Below are positions 19,325 to 28,653 of a stretch of 64,000 nt of DNA, piece by piece (position 1 is the stretch's first letter; the number at the start of each line of letters is the position of its first letter). Under the pieces are notes generated by a model. That model searched no databases and was not told the origin of the DNA. It worked only from the letters and a program-made list of their open reading frames with translations. This DNA is from Rhizobium sp. Q54 (lineage in GTDB: Bacteria > Pseudomonadota > Alphaproteobacteria > Rhizobiales > Rhizobiaceae), in NCBI GenBank assembly GCA_943372805.1, contig CALSAF010000002.1, positions 6,004-70,003 on the forward strand, given 5' to 3'. A program made the position numbers and the translations under genes.

Positions 19325-20284
19325 TCATTTCCGCAATGGGATCGTCGAGTACGATGTGTCAATCTCGTAGTGGTGATCGGCCAAGAACTGCTTCAGGGCC
19401 AAGTCAGTCACTTGCGCATAGGGTGACGGGCCAACAGTAACTTTCCTGATGGGAAGTTTCCCACCGTCACCGCTCCGCCACTCATAGTATGGCACGACGC
19501 CTAGATTGCTGGTTCGATAGCGCCTTGCGATGCCGGCGTTCCTCAGGTCAACCGTTGTAGTGACCAGTCGCCATTCCTGTTCAGCTTCGAATGCTGGATT
19601 CTTGAACCTGAGAGCCAGCAGAACAAACTCCATTGCCGCGCTGTCATACAACCTGTCCAGGAGTTCATCCGTTAGCGTCCATTCCTCGTTCTGAAGCGAG
19701 AATTGTTTTTCGATTTCGGTAAAAAGTTCCTCGCACATCGAAAGCATGCGATCCCAGCTGTAAACAACCTCCACCAAAAACGTTGGGAAGATAAATCCGG
19801 GCGTTAACAGCTCGCTTGTTTCAAGCTCAATGCAATAAGGAACAACGTCTTTACCGTAGTCGCGCCACTGGTTCAGGAGATTGTTTTGCCGACTCATGCA
19901 AAACACAACGGGGATCAGCGTGGTAACCGCTGCGTGGATGTGCCGCATCAACCGCTCGCCCACTTCTCGCTCAATGTGAGGGTTCGATACCAAAAACCTC
20001 TCGATTGCGTGGGCGGCCGCACTTAGCGAAACTGAGTTTTCGGATCCATCATTGACAAAGCTTGTATCGGAGAAGCGTAGCGTGTTGGTGCTGATAATGC
20101 CCAGCAAACCCTCGGAACTGGTGTAGTGATACAGCGAACGCGGCAGCTCTGACTGATGTGGCCTTACAACTCGCCCCGCGGCCCCCTGAAAGAATGAGTG
20201 CTCTTCCTCAACCTTCGGGCTGTCTTGCGTCTTCAATGCTGCCGGAGGATCAATCTCTGTGCCGCCATCGTCGGGAGTTATCAT
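19325..20284 (-). CDS. DUF2971 domain protein (AT-richer than flanks)
   Basis: LYHYTSSEGLLGII, VNDGSE, FCMSRQNNLLNQWRDYG, KNPAFEAEQEWRL, VTVGP. Confidence 0.8.
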   Translation of the reverse strand: MITPDDGGTEIDPPAALKTQDSPKVEEEHSFFQGAAGRVVRPHQSELPRSLYHYTSSEGLLGIISTNTLRFSDTSFVNDGSENSVSLSAAAHAIERFLVSNPHIEREVGERLMRHIHAAVTTLIPVVFCMSRQNNLLNQWRDYGKDVVPYCIELETSELLTPGFIFPTFLVEVVYSWDRMLSMCEELFTEIEKQFSLQNEEWTLTDELLDRLYDSAAMEFVLLALRFKNPAFEAEQEWRLVTTTVDLRNAGIARRYRTSNLGVVPYYEWRSGDGGKLPIRKVTVGPSPYAQVTDLALKQFLADHHYEIDTSYSTIPLRK

Positions 20285-20387
20285 CTAACGACTCCAAGTT
20301 TCTTTAATCACCCGGAAAAGTAGCAACTCCAGTCCGTATTCGATACTGTGTACCAGCGCAAAGACATCTCATTTTTTGGCAGGTTAC

Positions 20388-20552
20388 ATGACCATCCCTG
20401 AAATCAAAGTAGCCGACAATGATGCCCCCGATCTTGCGCTCTCCCCGTGGCGCGAGAAACTCGATGCAGCGCAGATCCGGATGGGGCGCCCGAAAGGCCC
20501 GTTGACCAAGGTTTCAACGACAAGCCGCACCGACCAAGAAAAGAAGAGCTGA
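20388..20552 (+). pseudogene. Truncated BrnA-like antitoxin remnant (54 codons)
   Basis: My translation: MTIPEIKVADNDAPDLALSPWREKLDAAQIRMGRPKGPLTKVSTTSRTDQEKKS*; GRPK..KVSTTSRTDQE aligns with GRPR..KKAISIRLDQE of the intact BrnA at 34115; lacks the C-terminal GWQ..N..LR part. Confidence 0.6.
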
Positions 20553-20765
20553 GGAACGCTAGGGCCGAATGCCGCCCGGACCTACCGACCAATACACTCC
20601 AAAATCACATTTTCGAATCGACGCTTGCGAAAAGCTCAGGCATAGCAGCACGCAATTTACGTTTTGACGCGCCGGCGGATATTCGCTGTGCCCGCGTCAT
20701 CCGATCTGTGGTCTGGCCTCAAGACTGGGAAGGCTGTGATCGGCATTGTCCGGAGAGAGACCCCG

Positions 20766-20978
20766 ATGATCAAGATCATGATATTGCTGCATGCGGCTCA
20801 AGGCCGGGACTGGCAGACGCCGCCGAAGGGCACGAGCCTGAAGACTTTGGCCGAGGCCGAGGAACAGGGACTGATCGAGATCCGTGGCGAATTTCAGAAG
20901 CGCCAGTTCCGGCTGACGACGCGTGGCTTTTCGACCGTCGAACACGACCGAAAGCGGCTTGCGGCACGCCGCAGCTGA
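20766..20978 (+). CDS. Small hypothetical protein (70 aa), possible winged-helix-like
   Basis: GGAGAG upstream; MIKIMILLHAA..AEEQGLIEIRG..FRLTTRG. Confidence 0.6.
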   Translation: MIKIMILLHAAQGRDWQTPPKGTSLKTLAEAEEQGLIEIRGEFQKRQFRLTTRGFSTVEHDRKRLAARRS

Positions 20979-21054
20979 TTGCGGTCTCGCGCGGATCCCT
21001 GCCCGCTTGAACGGCGGGCACCTGCGCCCTACCCTCCTTCAAGGAGGACGCTTC

Positions 21055-21774
21055 ATGACCGACCCAATCGCATTGCAGGATGAGGATGGGCTCAAGGCCG
21101 GGCCCAAGGACGGGCCAAAGGCCTATGTCTTCGACGCCTATGGCACCCTCTTTGACGTGCATGCCGCCGTACGTCGTTATGCCGAGGCGATCGGGCCGCA
21201 GGCACAGGCCTTTTCCGATCTCTGGCGAGTGAAGCAGCTGGAGTATACCTGGGTGACGAGCCTGATGGGGCAATACCGGGATTTTCGCGCTCTGACCGAG
21301 GATGCGCTCGACTTCTGTCTTTCCCGCTTTCCCGCAGTGGATCGGAGCCTCAGGGCCGATCTCCTCGACACCTACAGCCGGCTCGACTGCTTTGCCGAGG
21401 TGCCGGCGGTGCTGGCCGCACTGCGGGAGCGCGGGGCGAAGATTGCGATCCTGTCGAACGGCACGCCCGAGATGCTCGATCAGGCGGTCGGGGCGGCCGG
21501 AATCGGCGGCCTGGTCGACGACATCTTCTCCGTCGATCCGCTGAAGATCTACAAGACCGCGCCGGCGGCCTATGCACTGGTCACCTCGACCTACAGGATC
21601 GCCGCACCCGACATCGCCTTCCAGTCCTCCAACCGATGGGACATCGCCGGCGCCAAGGCCTTCGGCTTTGTCTGTCACTGGATCAACCGCTCCGGTGCGC
21701 CGGACGAGTATGGCGATTTCCCGCCTGATACGGTTTTGTCCTCGCTTGCGGGCCTGCTGGAGATGAGGTCATGA
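21055..21774 (+). CDS. Haloacid dehalogenase type II
   Basis: AGGAGG RBS; YVFDAYGTLFDV, WRVKQLEYTW, ILSNG, YKTAP, SSNRWDIAGA. Confidence 0.92.
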   Translation: MTDPIALQDEDGLKAGPKDGPKAYVFDAYGTLFDVHAAVRRYAEAIGPQAQAFSDLWRVKQLEYTWVTSLMGQYRDFRALTEDALDFCLSRFPAVDRSLRADLLDTYSRLDCFAEVPAVLAALRERGAKIAILSNGTPEMLDQAVGAAGIGGLVDDIFSVDPLKIYKTAPAAYALVTSTYRIAAPDIAFQSSNRWDIAGAKAFGFVCHWINRSGAPDEYGDFPPDTVLSSLAGLLEMRS

Positions 21775-21958
21775 GACGCGTGTGGGCGCGGGATCCGATG
21801 TCCAGGCGCGGGCGAAGGCTGCGGCTTCCGGTCTACCCGGATCTTTTCCGATCGCCAAGAACAGCTGCCCGACCATGGCGGAATGTCGGTCTCATCGTTA
21901 TAGAGGCGGCCATGAACAGGCGCTGACGCGCCGCCGAACACGAAAGAGACACGAAGAC

Positions 21959-22207
21959 ATGACGAAGACCTGGAGCAAGCCGGTGATCCTGCACGGGATC
22001 GGCGAAGAGGGCGAGGATGTGGTGGTCGACTGCTCGCTCGGCGCCTCCTGGGCGCTGATCGAGGACTGGCCGGAAGAAGAGAGCGAGGCGCTGGACAAGG
22101 CACTCCTGGTGCTCGGCGCGGTGGCCCAAGGCAAGGCCAAGGAAGAGGACGGGCGCAAGGCGCTCATTTCGGCGGCGATGGCAGCCGGGGTGAAGTTCAC
22201 CGCCTGA
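21959..22207 (+). CDS. DUF982-like small protein
   Basis: WSKPV..ASWALIEDWP..ARKALISAAMAAG pattern. Confidence 0.7.
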   Translation: MTKTWSKPVILHGIGEEGEDVVVDCSLGASWALIEDWPEEESEALDKALLVLGAVAQGKAKEEDGRKALISAAMAAGVKFTA

Positions 22208-22270
22208 CACGCCCTGGCGTTCGCGCGGAATTCCAGCATCACGGCCCTTGCGCCGCCGTTTCGACATGCG

Positions 22271-23398
22271 ATGATGGCGGCATCTCATTCCGAAACCGTT
22301 TTGTCCTTCACCTCTCAATACGTGCAATTCATGTTCAATCTCGCCGAAGAGCGCCCTTTCCATCTACAGATCAATATCGCGGCGGCCATTTCGGTGGTCA
22401 TCCTGCTGTTCGGCAGGCTGATCCAGCCGCAGACCGGGGGGTTCGGCAGCCCCTCCCATCTGGCGAGTGTCGGCCTGTTGTGCATCTGCTGGGCCGTTCT
22501 CGTGCGGACGCGGCGGGACATGACGTTCCGGATCTTCGGGCTGCTCGGCATCGTGGTCTGCGCCATCGCATTCCGCATGCTTCTGAGCAAGCTCGCCCCG
22601 CACGGAGACTATTGGCGCTTTCTTGTCTTCGCGCTGATCCTGGTCCATTGCGCCGTGCTCTTCTCGCGGATCCGAGACTATGTCGTGGTGGCCATGCTCA
22701 GCGGCGCAATCTCGTTCGTTGGTCTGGGCCCCGACTATTTCGCTGCCGCCGGCTATCCGGAATTCGTCATCGCCACGGCGGCGGCATCGGTGATCGGCGT
22801 CATGCTGAACATCATCGTCATGTCTTCCTACAAGAGGTTGTACGAGGCCAAGGAGGGTTACAGGCTGCTGTCGAGCACCGATCCCCTGACCCGGCTGTTG
22901 AACCGGCGGGCCTTCATGGCGCGGTTTGCCGAATTGCGGATCGAAGACCGCAGCCGACCGCTGCATCTGGCGATGATTGATCTCGACCATTTCAAGCAGA
23001 TCAACGACACGCATGGGCACGAGCGTGGCGATGCGGTGCTGCTCGCCGTGGCCGACTGCCTGCAACGGCATGTGCACGGCATGGCCGGGCGGCTGGGCGG
23101 CGAGGAATTCGCCATACTGTTTTCCGAAGGCAGCCGAAGCGAGGCATTGCAGCGGCTGGAAACGCTGCTGACCGAGGTGCGCAGGCTTGATGTCGACGGG
23201 GTAAGCCTGACCTTCAGTGCCGGCCTCGTGACGGCAGGACCGGAGGAGGAAGCCGCCCTGGCACTGGCACGGGCGGATGCTGCGCTTTACCAGGCGAAGG
23301 CGGCCGGGCGAAACCGGATCGTGTCCGGCGACGTGGCGGCCATCTCCCGGGACGACAATGTCAGGCCCTTCCCTCGGCAACGGGTTCCGGCAGAATAG
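22271..23398 (+). CDS. Membrane-bound diguanylate cyclase (GGDEF)
   Basis: Several TM; TDPLTRLLNRR, MIDLDHFKQINDTHGHERGD, RLGGEEF; start may be 22331. Confidence 0.92.
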   Translation: MMAASHSETVLSFTSQYVQFMFNLAEERPFHLQINIAAAISVVILLFGRLIQPQTGGFGSPSHLASVGLLCICWAVLVRTRRDMTFRIFGLLGIVVCAIAFRMLLSKLAPHGDYWRFLVFALILVHCAVLFSRIRDYVVVAMLSGAISFVGLGPDYFAAAGYPEFVIATAAASVIGVMLNIIVMSSYKRLYEAKEGYRLLSSTDPLTRLLNRRAFMARFAELRIEDRSRPLHLAMIDLDHFKQINDTHGHERGDAVLLAVADCLQRHVHGMAGRLGGEEFAILFSEGSRSEALQRLETLLTEVRRLDVDGVSLTFSAGLVTAGPEEEAALALARADAALYQAKAAGRNRIVSGDVAAISRDDNVRPFPRQRVPAE

Positions 23399-23417
23399 CG
23401 TCGCTCGCGTCCGCGCG

Positions 23418-23858
23418 TCACATCAGCCCAAGCGTCACCGCCGCCAGCACAGCATAGCGCCCGGCCTTGGCAAGCGTGACGAGTGCCAGAAAGGTGAGGA
23501 AGGGCGTGCGTAGCACACCGGCGACGACCGTCAGCGGATCGCCGATGATCGGCACCCAGGACAGCAGCAGCGACCAGATGCCGAAGCGGCGATACCAGGC
23601 CTCGGCGCGGCCGAGCTTGTCGGCGGATACGGGAAACCAGGGCCGATTGCGAAAATGCTCGATGAAGCGGCCGAGCAGCCAGTTGACGACGGAACCCAGC
23701 ACATTGCCTGTCGTCGCGACGAGAAGAAGCATGGGGAGCGACTGATCGCCGGCGAGGATGAGGCCGACAAGCACGGCTTCCGACTGCGCAGGCACGATGG
23801 TCGCGGCGAGGAAGGCAGCCAGGAAAAGGGCGAGATAGGCGGCAAGAGCTGTGATCAC
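23418..23858 (-). CDS. YqaA/DedA-family membrane protein
   Basis: AFLAATIVPAQSE, GNVLGSVVNW, LSWVPIIGDPLTVVAG. Confidence 0.9.
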   Translation of the reverse strand: MITALAAYLALFLAAFLAATIVPAQSEAVLVGLILAGDQSLPMLLLVATTGNVLGSVVNWLLGRFIEHFRNRPWFPVSADKLGRAEAWYRRFGIWSLLLSWVPIIGDPLTVVAGVLRTPFLTFLALVTLAKAGRYAVLAAVTLGLM

Positions 23859-24059
23859 GCAGCCGGTCTAGCCTGCGCACCTTGCTCTGGCAATGCGCAG
23901 CGCGCAGGGAGGGCGCCGAGATTGATCGGCGCGTTGCCGCCGACGCTCCGTGTTGCGACGCCCGAGACGTCTCAGACATGAAGGAGGCCGCCATGCAGCG
24001 TGGGACGATGCATGACGGCCAGATGGCCCCCGGGGGCGGGCCATCGAGACCGTGCCGGA

Positions 24060-24365
24060 TCAGACAACGCGGCGGGCAGCCTGTTCGATACGGTCGTCGT
24101 GTTCGACCGCATCGGCATCGATCACGCGGTGGCCCTGGACGCGTGCACCGGGTTCGAGGCCGTCAGGCCCGTGTTGGCGCACCTGATGCGGTGCCGGCGT
24201 GGTGATCGCACCATGGTTCGGGTCGTTGACATCCTGGCCGCGCACGCCGTTTTCATCTGCCGCGCATTCGCCGGGCGCGCTGCGTGTCTCGCGCTCGCGG
24301 CTGGCATCGGCGATCAGCCGGTCGAGTTCGTGCCGTGTCATGGCGCTCAGATCGAATTCCTGCAT
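24060..24365 (-). CDS. Small hydrophilic hypothetical protein (101 aa)
   Basis: GGGAGA RBS before MQEFDLSAMTRHELDRLIA. Confidence 0.6.
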   Translation of the reverse strand: MQEFDLSAMTRHELDRLIADASRERETRSAPGECAADENGVRGQDVNDPNHGAITTPAPHQVRQHGPDGLEPGARVQGHRVIDADAVEHDDRIEQAARRVV

Positions 24366-24502
24366 AGTGGTCTCCCTGTTCGTCCGCTGGATGAAGCGTG
24401 TTCGCAGCATCAACGCGCGAGCGGGCGAAAGGTGCCGCAGGGGAGCCGGAACATTGCAACCGACCGGCGCGGCGGGCGTTGCGTTCGGCAAGGAGACAGA
24501 CC

Positions 24503-24895
24503 ATGGAATTTGCCAGCATCATGCATGTCATCACCCGCGCGATCGAAGCCGTGGGCGTGTCGGTGATCGTGATCGGGATCGCGGTGGCGGGCGTCGCCTA
24601 TCTCAGGGCGCCGCGCACGCTTTCCTCCTATGGCGAGCTCAGGGCCGGCATGGGCCGGGCGATCCTGCTCGGGCTGGAACTGATGGTGGCCGGCGACATC
24701 ATCAATACGGTGGCGGTGGAGCCGAGCCTCAATTCAGTGCTGGTGCTTGCCATCATCGTGGTCATCCGGACCTTCCTCAGCCTGTCGCTGGAGGTGGAGA
24801 TCTCCGGGCGCTGGCCCTGGCAGGGCGTGCGCGGTGAGCAATCCGTGCATCACGGCAGAACGGGGCCGGCGGAAGAGAAGGGCGAGCGCGCCTGA
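24503..24895 (+). CDS. DUF1622 domain membrane protein
   Basis: AGGAG RBS; LRAGMGRAILLGLELMVAGDIINTV, IRTFLSLSLEVEISGRWPW. Confidence 0.9.
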   Translation: MEFASIMHVITRAIEAVGVSVIVIGIAVAGVAYLRAPRTLSSYGELRAGMGRAILLGLELMVAGDIINTVAVEPSLNSVLVLAIIVVIRTFLSLSLEVEISGRWPWQGVRGEQSVHHGRTGPAEEKGERA

Positions 24896-24955
24896 AAGAG
24901 GCGTCTGGCGTGTTTCCGGGCACGACTTCTCAGTTCCGCACGAGGCGATTGATCG

Positions 24956-25444
24956 TCACTTCGAAGTCTTGATGATGCTCAACGTTCCATCGCTTTCCAG
25001 CACCACCGCCTCGACAAGGGCGATGTCCTCGCCACCATTGGAGCGCACCGCGCTCATGATCTCATCCTCGGTCAAGCGCTGGCGCTTCATCGCGGCGTGG
25101 CAGAAGGTGCCCCTGCTGACAAGCAGTGTCGGTTCGGAGCGGATGGCCTTGGCCACGCCGCGGGAGCGAACCGACGCAACGGTGACAAGATATTGCAGCA
25201 GGATGAGAAGGCCCAGCGCCGTTGCCCCTTCTGCCAGGGCGATCGTTTCCTGCAGCAGGATCGACGACAGGGTGGAGCCGAGCGCCACTGTGACGACCAG
25301 ATCGAACGCGTTGAGCTTGGACAACGTGCGCTTGCCGGAGATGCGCAGGAAGAGAACGACGGCAACATAGGCAAGCGTCCCGACCACAAGGGTGCGAAAA
25401 ATGCCCGGCCACCCCTGAAACAGCATGTTCTGCCAGTCCATCAA
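24956..25444 (-). CDS. DUF421 (YetF) domain protein
   Basis: LRISGKRTLSKLNAFDLVVTVALGS, PTLLV, VVLESDGTLSII. Confidence 0.9.
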   Translation of the reverse strand: MMDWQNMLFQGWPGIFRTLVVGTLAYVAVVLFLRISGKRTLSKLNAFDLVVTVALGSTLSSILLQETIALAEGATALGLLILLQYLVTVASVRSRGVAKAIRSEPTLLVSRGTFCHAAMKRQRLTEDEIMSAVRSNGGEDIALVEAVVLESDGTLSIIKTSK

Positions 25445-25739
25445 TAGGCTCCGTTTGCTGGATATGCTGCTGACCGCGGCGCCCGATGCAGCCCGACCGG
25501 ATCATCTCCCCATCCGGCCTCGCACTTGCGCCGTTTTGCGGTGATTGGTCCCGATCCGGCTCATCGTCGCGCCCCACGCGGTTCAATCACCTCGTTTGTC
25601 TCCAACCAATGTGGCGGCCGGTTCGTTCCCGACCGCAGGTTCGATGCGGCGTGCGCTTTGGCGGATAGGTTGCAAAGCACCCTGCAACCTGCTTTATGAA
25701 CAGGCACTTAAATATTTTCACGATGGTATTGGAGGACGT

Positions 25740-27290
25740 ATGGCCTTGACGGTCTGGGGTCCCGACATGGTGTTGCGCTGGTTCCGGACCATCCAGATCG
25801 GAAGCGTCCTGTTGCCGATCATCGGCTGCCTGATCTGGGGGGCAATCGCCTGGCGCGACCAGCGGGCCATCGCCACGGATCATGCGGTCGATACCGTGGA
25901 ACTGGTGCGCCAGTATTCGCAGCGACTGCTGGAAACCCAGACGGTGAAACACCGGGCCGCACAGGCCCGCGCCGCGACGGAACCCGAAGGCTTCCTACGC
26001 TCCGAAAGCTATCACCGTTTCCTGACGCGCCTCGATACGGCAGACCCGAACGACTATGGGCTGGCGGTCGTGGCGCTGGACGGCACGGTGCTCGCGTCCA
26101 GCCAGCAGTTTCCCGCTTCCACCCGTTTCGGGCAGCGCGACTATATCGATGCGATCCGGGAGGGGGCCGCGGTCTTCATCGACCGGATCAAGCTGCAGCC
26201 GGGCGATGAGGACGCCATTATCGTCGCCCGCCCCTTTGTCACCGACAGCTTTCGCGGCCTGATCGTGTCCTCGATGGCGACCGAAAGCAGCCGCAGCTTC
26301 CTCGACAGCATCACCACGCGGGAGGGGGAATCGGCCTCGCTGATGCGCGACGACGGCAAGCTTCTGGTGCGGCACGAGCCTGGCGAGCCCGTCTGGCTGC
26401 CGGAGGATACGCCGGCGCGGCAAAGCCTTACCCGCGCCAGTTCCGGCACCTATGAGGTGGTCGCCATTTCCGACGGCGTACGGCGGATCTATGCTTACAA
26501 CCGGATTGGCGACCTGCCGCTGGTGGTCAATTTTGGCGTGCCGACAGAGGCGATCCTGACGGCGACCGTGCGCAACTCCCTGCCCGTCTGGATCCTGATG
26601 CTGGCCATGGGTGCCTTTACGCTGATTGCCTCGGCGCTCGCGCGGCGCAGCGTGGAGGCGCAGATGGAGGCCGAGCTCAAGGCGCTGAAGCTCGCCGAGG
26701 CGCAAAGCCTGGCGCAGCAGCGGGCCGAACTGGTGCGCGAAATGAACCACCGGGTGAAGAACAATCTCGCCCTGGTGACGAGCCTGATCAATATCCAGGC
26801 GCGGCGCGGCAGCTTCGATCCGCAGGACCTGCAGCGACGGATCAAGGCGCTGGCGGAGGTGCATGACCTGCTCTATCGCTCGAACCACGGCGAACGGATC
26901 GATCTCGGCACCCTGCTGGAGCGTGCCTGCGACCCGGAAACCCTGGTGCCGGAGGACAGCCGGATCTCCCTGCAGACAAGCCTGCCCGAGGGCATGTTGA
27001 TCCCGGCCGACCGGGCCTCGCCTCTCGCGCTCGCCGCGCTCGAACTCGTCACCAATGCCGTGAAACACGCCTTTGCCGGACGGGACCAGGGGATCATCCG
27101 CCTGGTTCTGGCAGAGACCGCGGACGGCCAGGCGTGCCTGACGGTGGCCGACGACGGGATCGGCATGGCACAGGCCTCATCCCGCCGCTCCGGCACCGGC
27201 CTGGTCGATGCCTTTGTCCGGCAGATCGACGGCGAGATGACGCGGGCCTCCGACCACGGCACGACCTACACGATCCGCTTCACCCTGTGA
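25740..27290 (+). CDS. Sensor histidine kinase (Cache-like periplasmic domain, HisKA_2/HWE-type core)
   Basis: GGAGG RBS; EMNHRVKNNL, ELVTNAVKHAF, VADDGIG, GTGLV; no adjacent response regulator. Confidence 0.9.
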   Translation: MALTVWGPDMVLRWFRTIQIGSVLLPIIGCLIWGAIAWRDQRAIATDHAVDTVELVRQYSQRLLETQTVKHRAAQARAATEPEGFLRSESYHRFLTRLDTADPNDYGLAVVALDGTVLASSQQFPASTRFGQRDYIDAIREGAAVFIDRIKLQPGDEDAIIVARPFVTDSFRGLIVSSMATESSRSFLDSITTREGESASLMRDDGKLLVRHEPGEPVWLPEDTPARQSLTRASSGTYEVVAISDGVRRIYAYNRIGDLPLVVNFGVPTEAILTATVRNSLPVWILMLAMGAFTLIASALARRSVEAQMEAELKALKLAEAQSLAQQRAELVREMNHRVKNNLALVTSLINIQARRGSFDPQDLQRRIKALAEVHDLLYRSNHGERIDLGTLLERACDPETLVPEDSRISLQTSLPEGMLIPADRASPLALAALELVTNAVKHAFAGRDQGIIRLVLAETADGQACLTVADDGIGMAQASSRRSGTGLVDAFVRQIDGEMTRASDHGTTYTIRFTL

Positions 27291-27386
27291 GGGATGCCGG
27301 CCGGGGCTGCCTCCGGCCTCCCCCTTGCGTCTCTCTGCCTTCTGCCCTCGCCCGTCGCTTCTCAGCTATTTCCCCCCATCTGTCTC

Positions 27387-28202
27387 TCAGACGCTCATCT
27401 TCTCCTTCGGGTGCGGGCTGTCTTCATAGGCACCCCAGACAGACTGGTCGAAATTGATCGTGGCGCCGGTCATCAGTCCGCTTTCTTCCGACGACAGATA
27501 GGCGCAGGCGCGCGCCACTTCGGCCGGATCGACGAGGCGGCCGAAGGGCTGGCGGGCGGCGGCCTGTTGCAGCCAGTCATCGGGGGCGCCGTGATGTTCG
27601 CGCTGGATGCGGTCCTCGCCGTCGCTCGCCATCCAGCCGATGTTCAAGGCATTGCAGCGGATGCGGTTTTTCAGAAGGCCGAAGGCGACGTTGCGGGTCA
27701 GCGTGTCGAGCGCGCCCTTGGAGGCGCAATAGGCGGCGATGAAGGGCTGGCCGGCCATCGCCGACATCGAGGAGATATTGACGATGCTGCCCTCGATGCC
27801 ATCGCGCAGCATCAGCTTCACCGTCTCCTGGATGAGGAAGAAGGGGGCGCGGGTGTTGATCGCGAACATGCGATCAAACAGCGCCTCGTCGGTATCGAGT
27901 ATGGTGCCGCGATCGGTGATGGCGGCGACATTGACCAGGGCATCGATGCGGCCGAATTTGTCACCCGCAGCGGCAATGACGGCGCGGCAATCCGCGACCT
28001 GGCCGAGATCGGCGGCGACGAAATGCACCGGCGTGCCATACCGCTCCGTGATCTCGCGCGCCTTCGCCTCGCCCTTGTCGCGGCTTCGCCCGCAGATGAC
28101 GAGGCCGCCCGCACCCCGCTCGGCAAACAGGCGGGCGACTTCTGCGCCCAGCCCCTGCGTGCCGCCGGTGACGACGGCGATCTTGTTGTCCAGTCTGCCC
28201 AT
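27387..28202 (-). CDS. Short-chain dehydrogenase/reductase
   Basis: VTGGTQGLG, NVAA, NISS, YCASK. Confidence 0.95.
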   Translation of the reverse strand: MGRLDNKIAVVTGGTQGLGAEVARLFAERGAGGLVICGRSRDKGEAKAREITERYGTPVHFVAADLGQVADCRAVIAAAGDKFGRIDALVNVAAITDRGTILDTDEALFDRMFAINTRAPFFLIQETVKLMLRDGIEGSIVNISSMSAMAGQPFIAAYCASKGALDTLTRNVAFGLLKNRIRCNALNIGWMASDGEDRIQREHHGAPDDWLQQAAARQPFGRLVDPAEVARACAYLSSEESGLMTGATINFDQSVWGAYEDSPHPKEKMSV

Positions 28203-28278
28203 GCTGTTGCCTCCCGATGGCCGTGATTCCTCTGTCGCTATCCTCGCGGTTTGGAGGGGCGGCGCAAGAGCGGGAGGG

Positions 28279-28464
28279 TCAGTCGTCGCGGCGGATCATG
28301 CCGGAGATGGCGGCAGCGGCGATGGCGGTGACGCCCCAGCCGAGGACGATGAACATCTTCTGGAGGTAGAACATCCAGTAGCCCCATGCGCCACGCGCCG
28401 GGGACGGCGCCTAGGCATCGGTCTGGCCGAGATCGAGCACGGGGACGACGTCGAGCGCCAGCCA
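28279..28464 (-). pseudogene. C-terminal remnant of a membrane protein with an in-frame TAG
   Basis: Reads WLALDVVPVLDLGQTDA*APSPARGAWGYWMFYLQKMFIVLGWGVTAIAAAAISGMIRRDD*; stop at 28411-28413; no 5' part before the AT-rich block. Confidence 0.6.
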
Positions 28465-28653
28465 TTCATCAAGAGGGGGGCGGATTACAGGTTGCTCCAT
28501 AGAAAGCGTCCGAGATGGAACTCCCCAAAGAACGTCCGCATGCATCGGTACGCATCGGCTAGAAAGGTCTCGACTCCACAACCAAACCGTGCTTTAGTAC
28601 AAGAAGTATTGATAATACTTCGGTTGCCGCTCCTAGACAACTAGGGTCTAACT

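Noticed and set aside
24380-24480. EcfG/RpoE2 promoter (GGAAC-N16/17-CGTT) for DUF1622 or the 101-aa ORF
   Set aside because: Best matches have wrong spacing (N24) or several mismatches.
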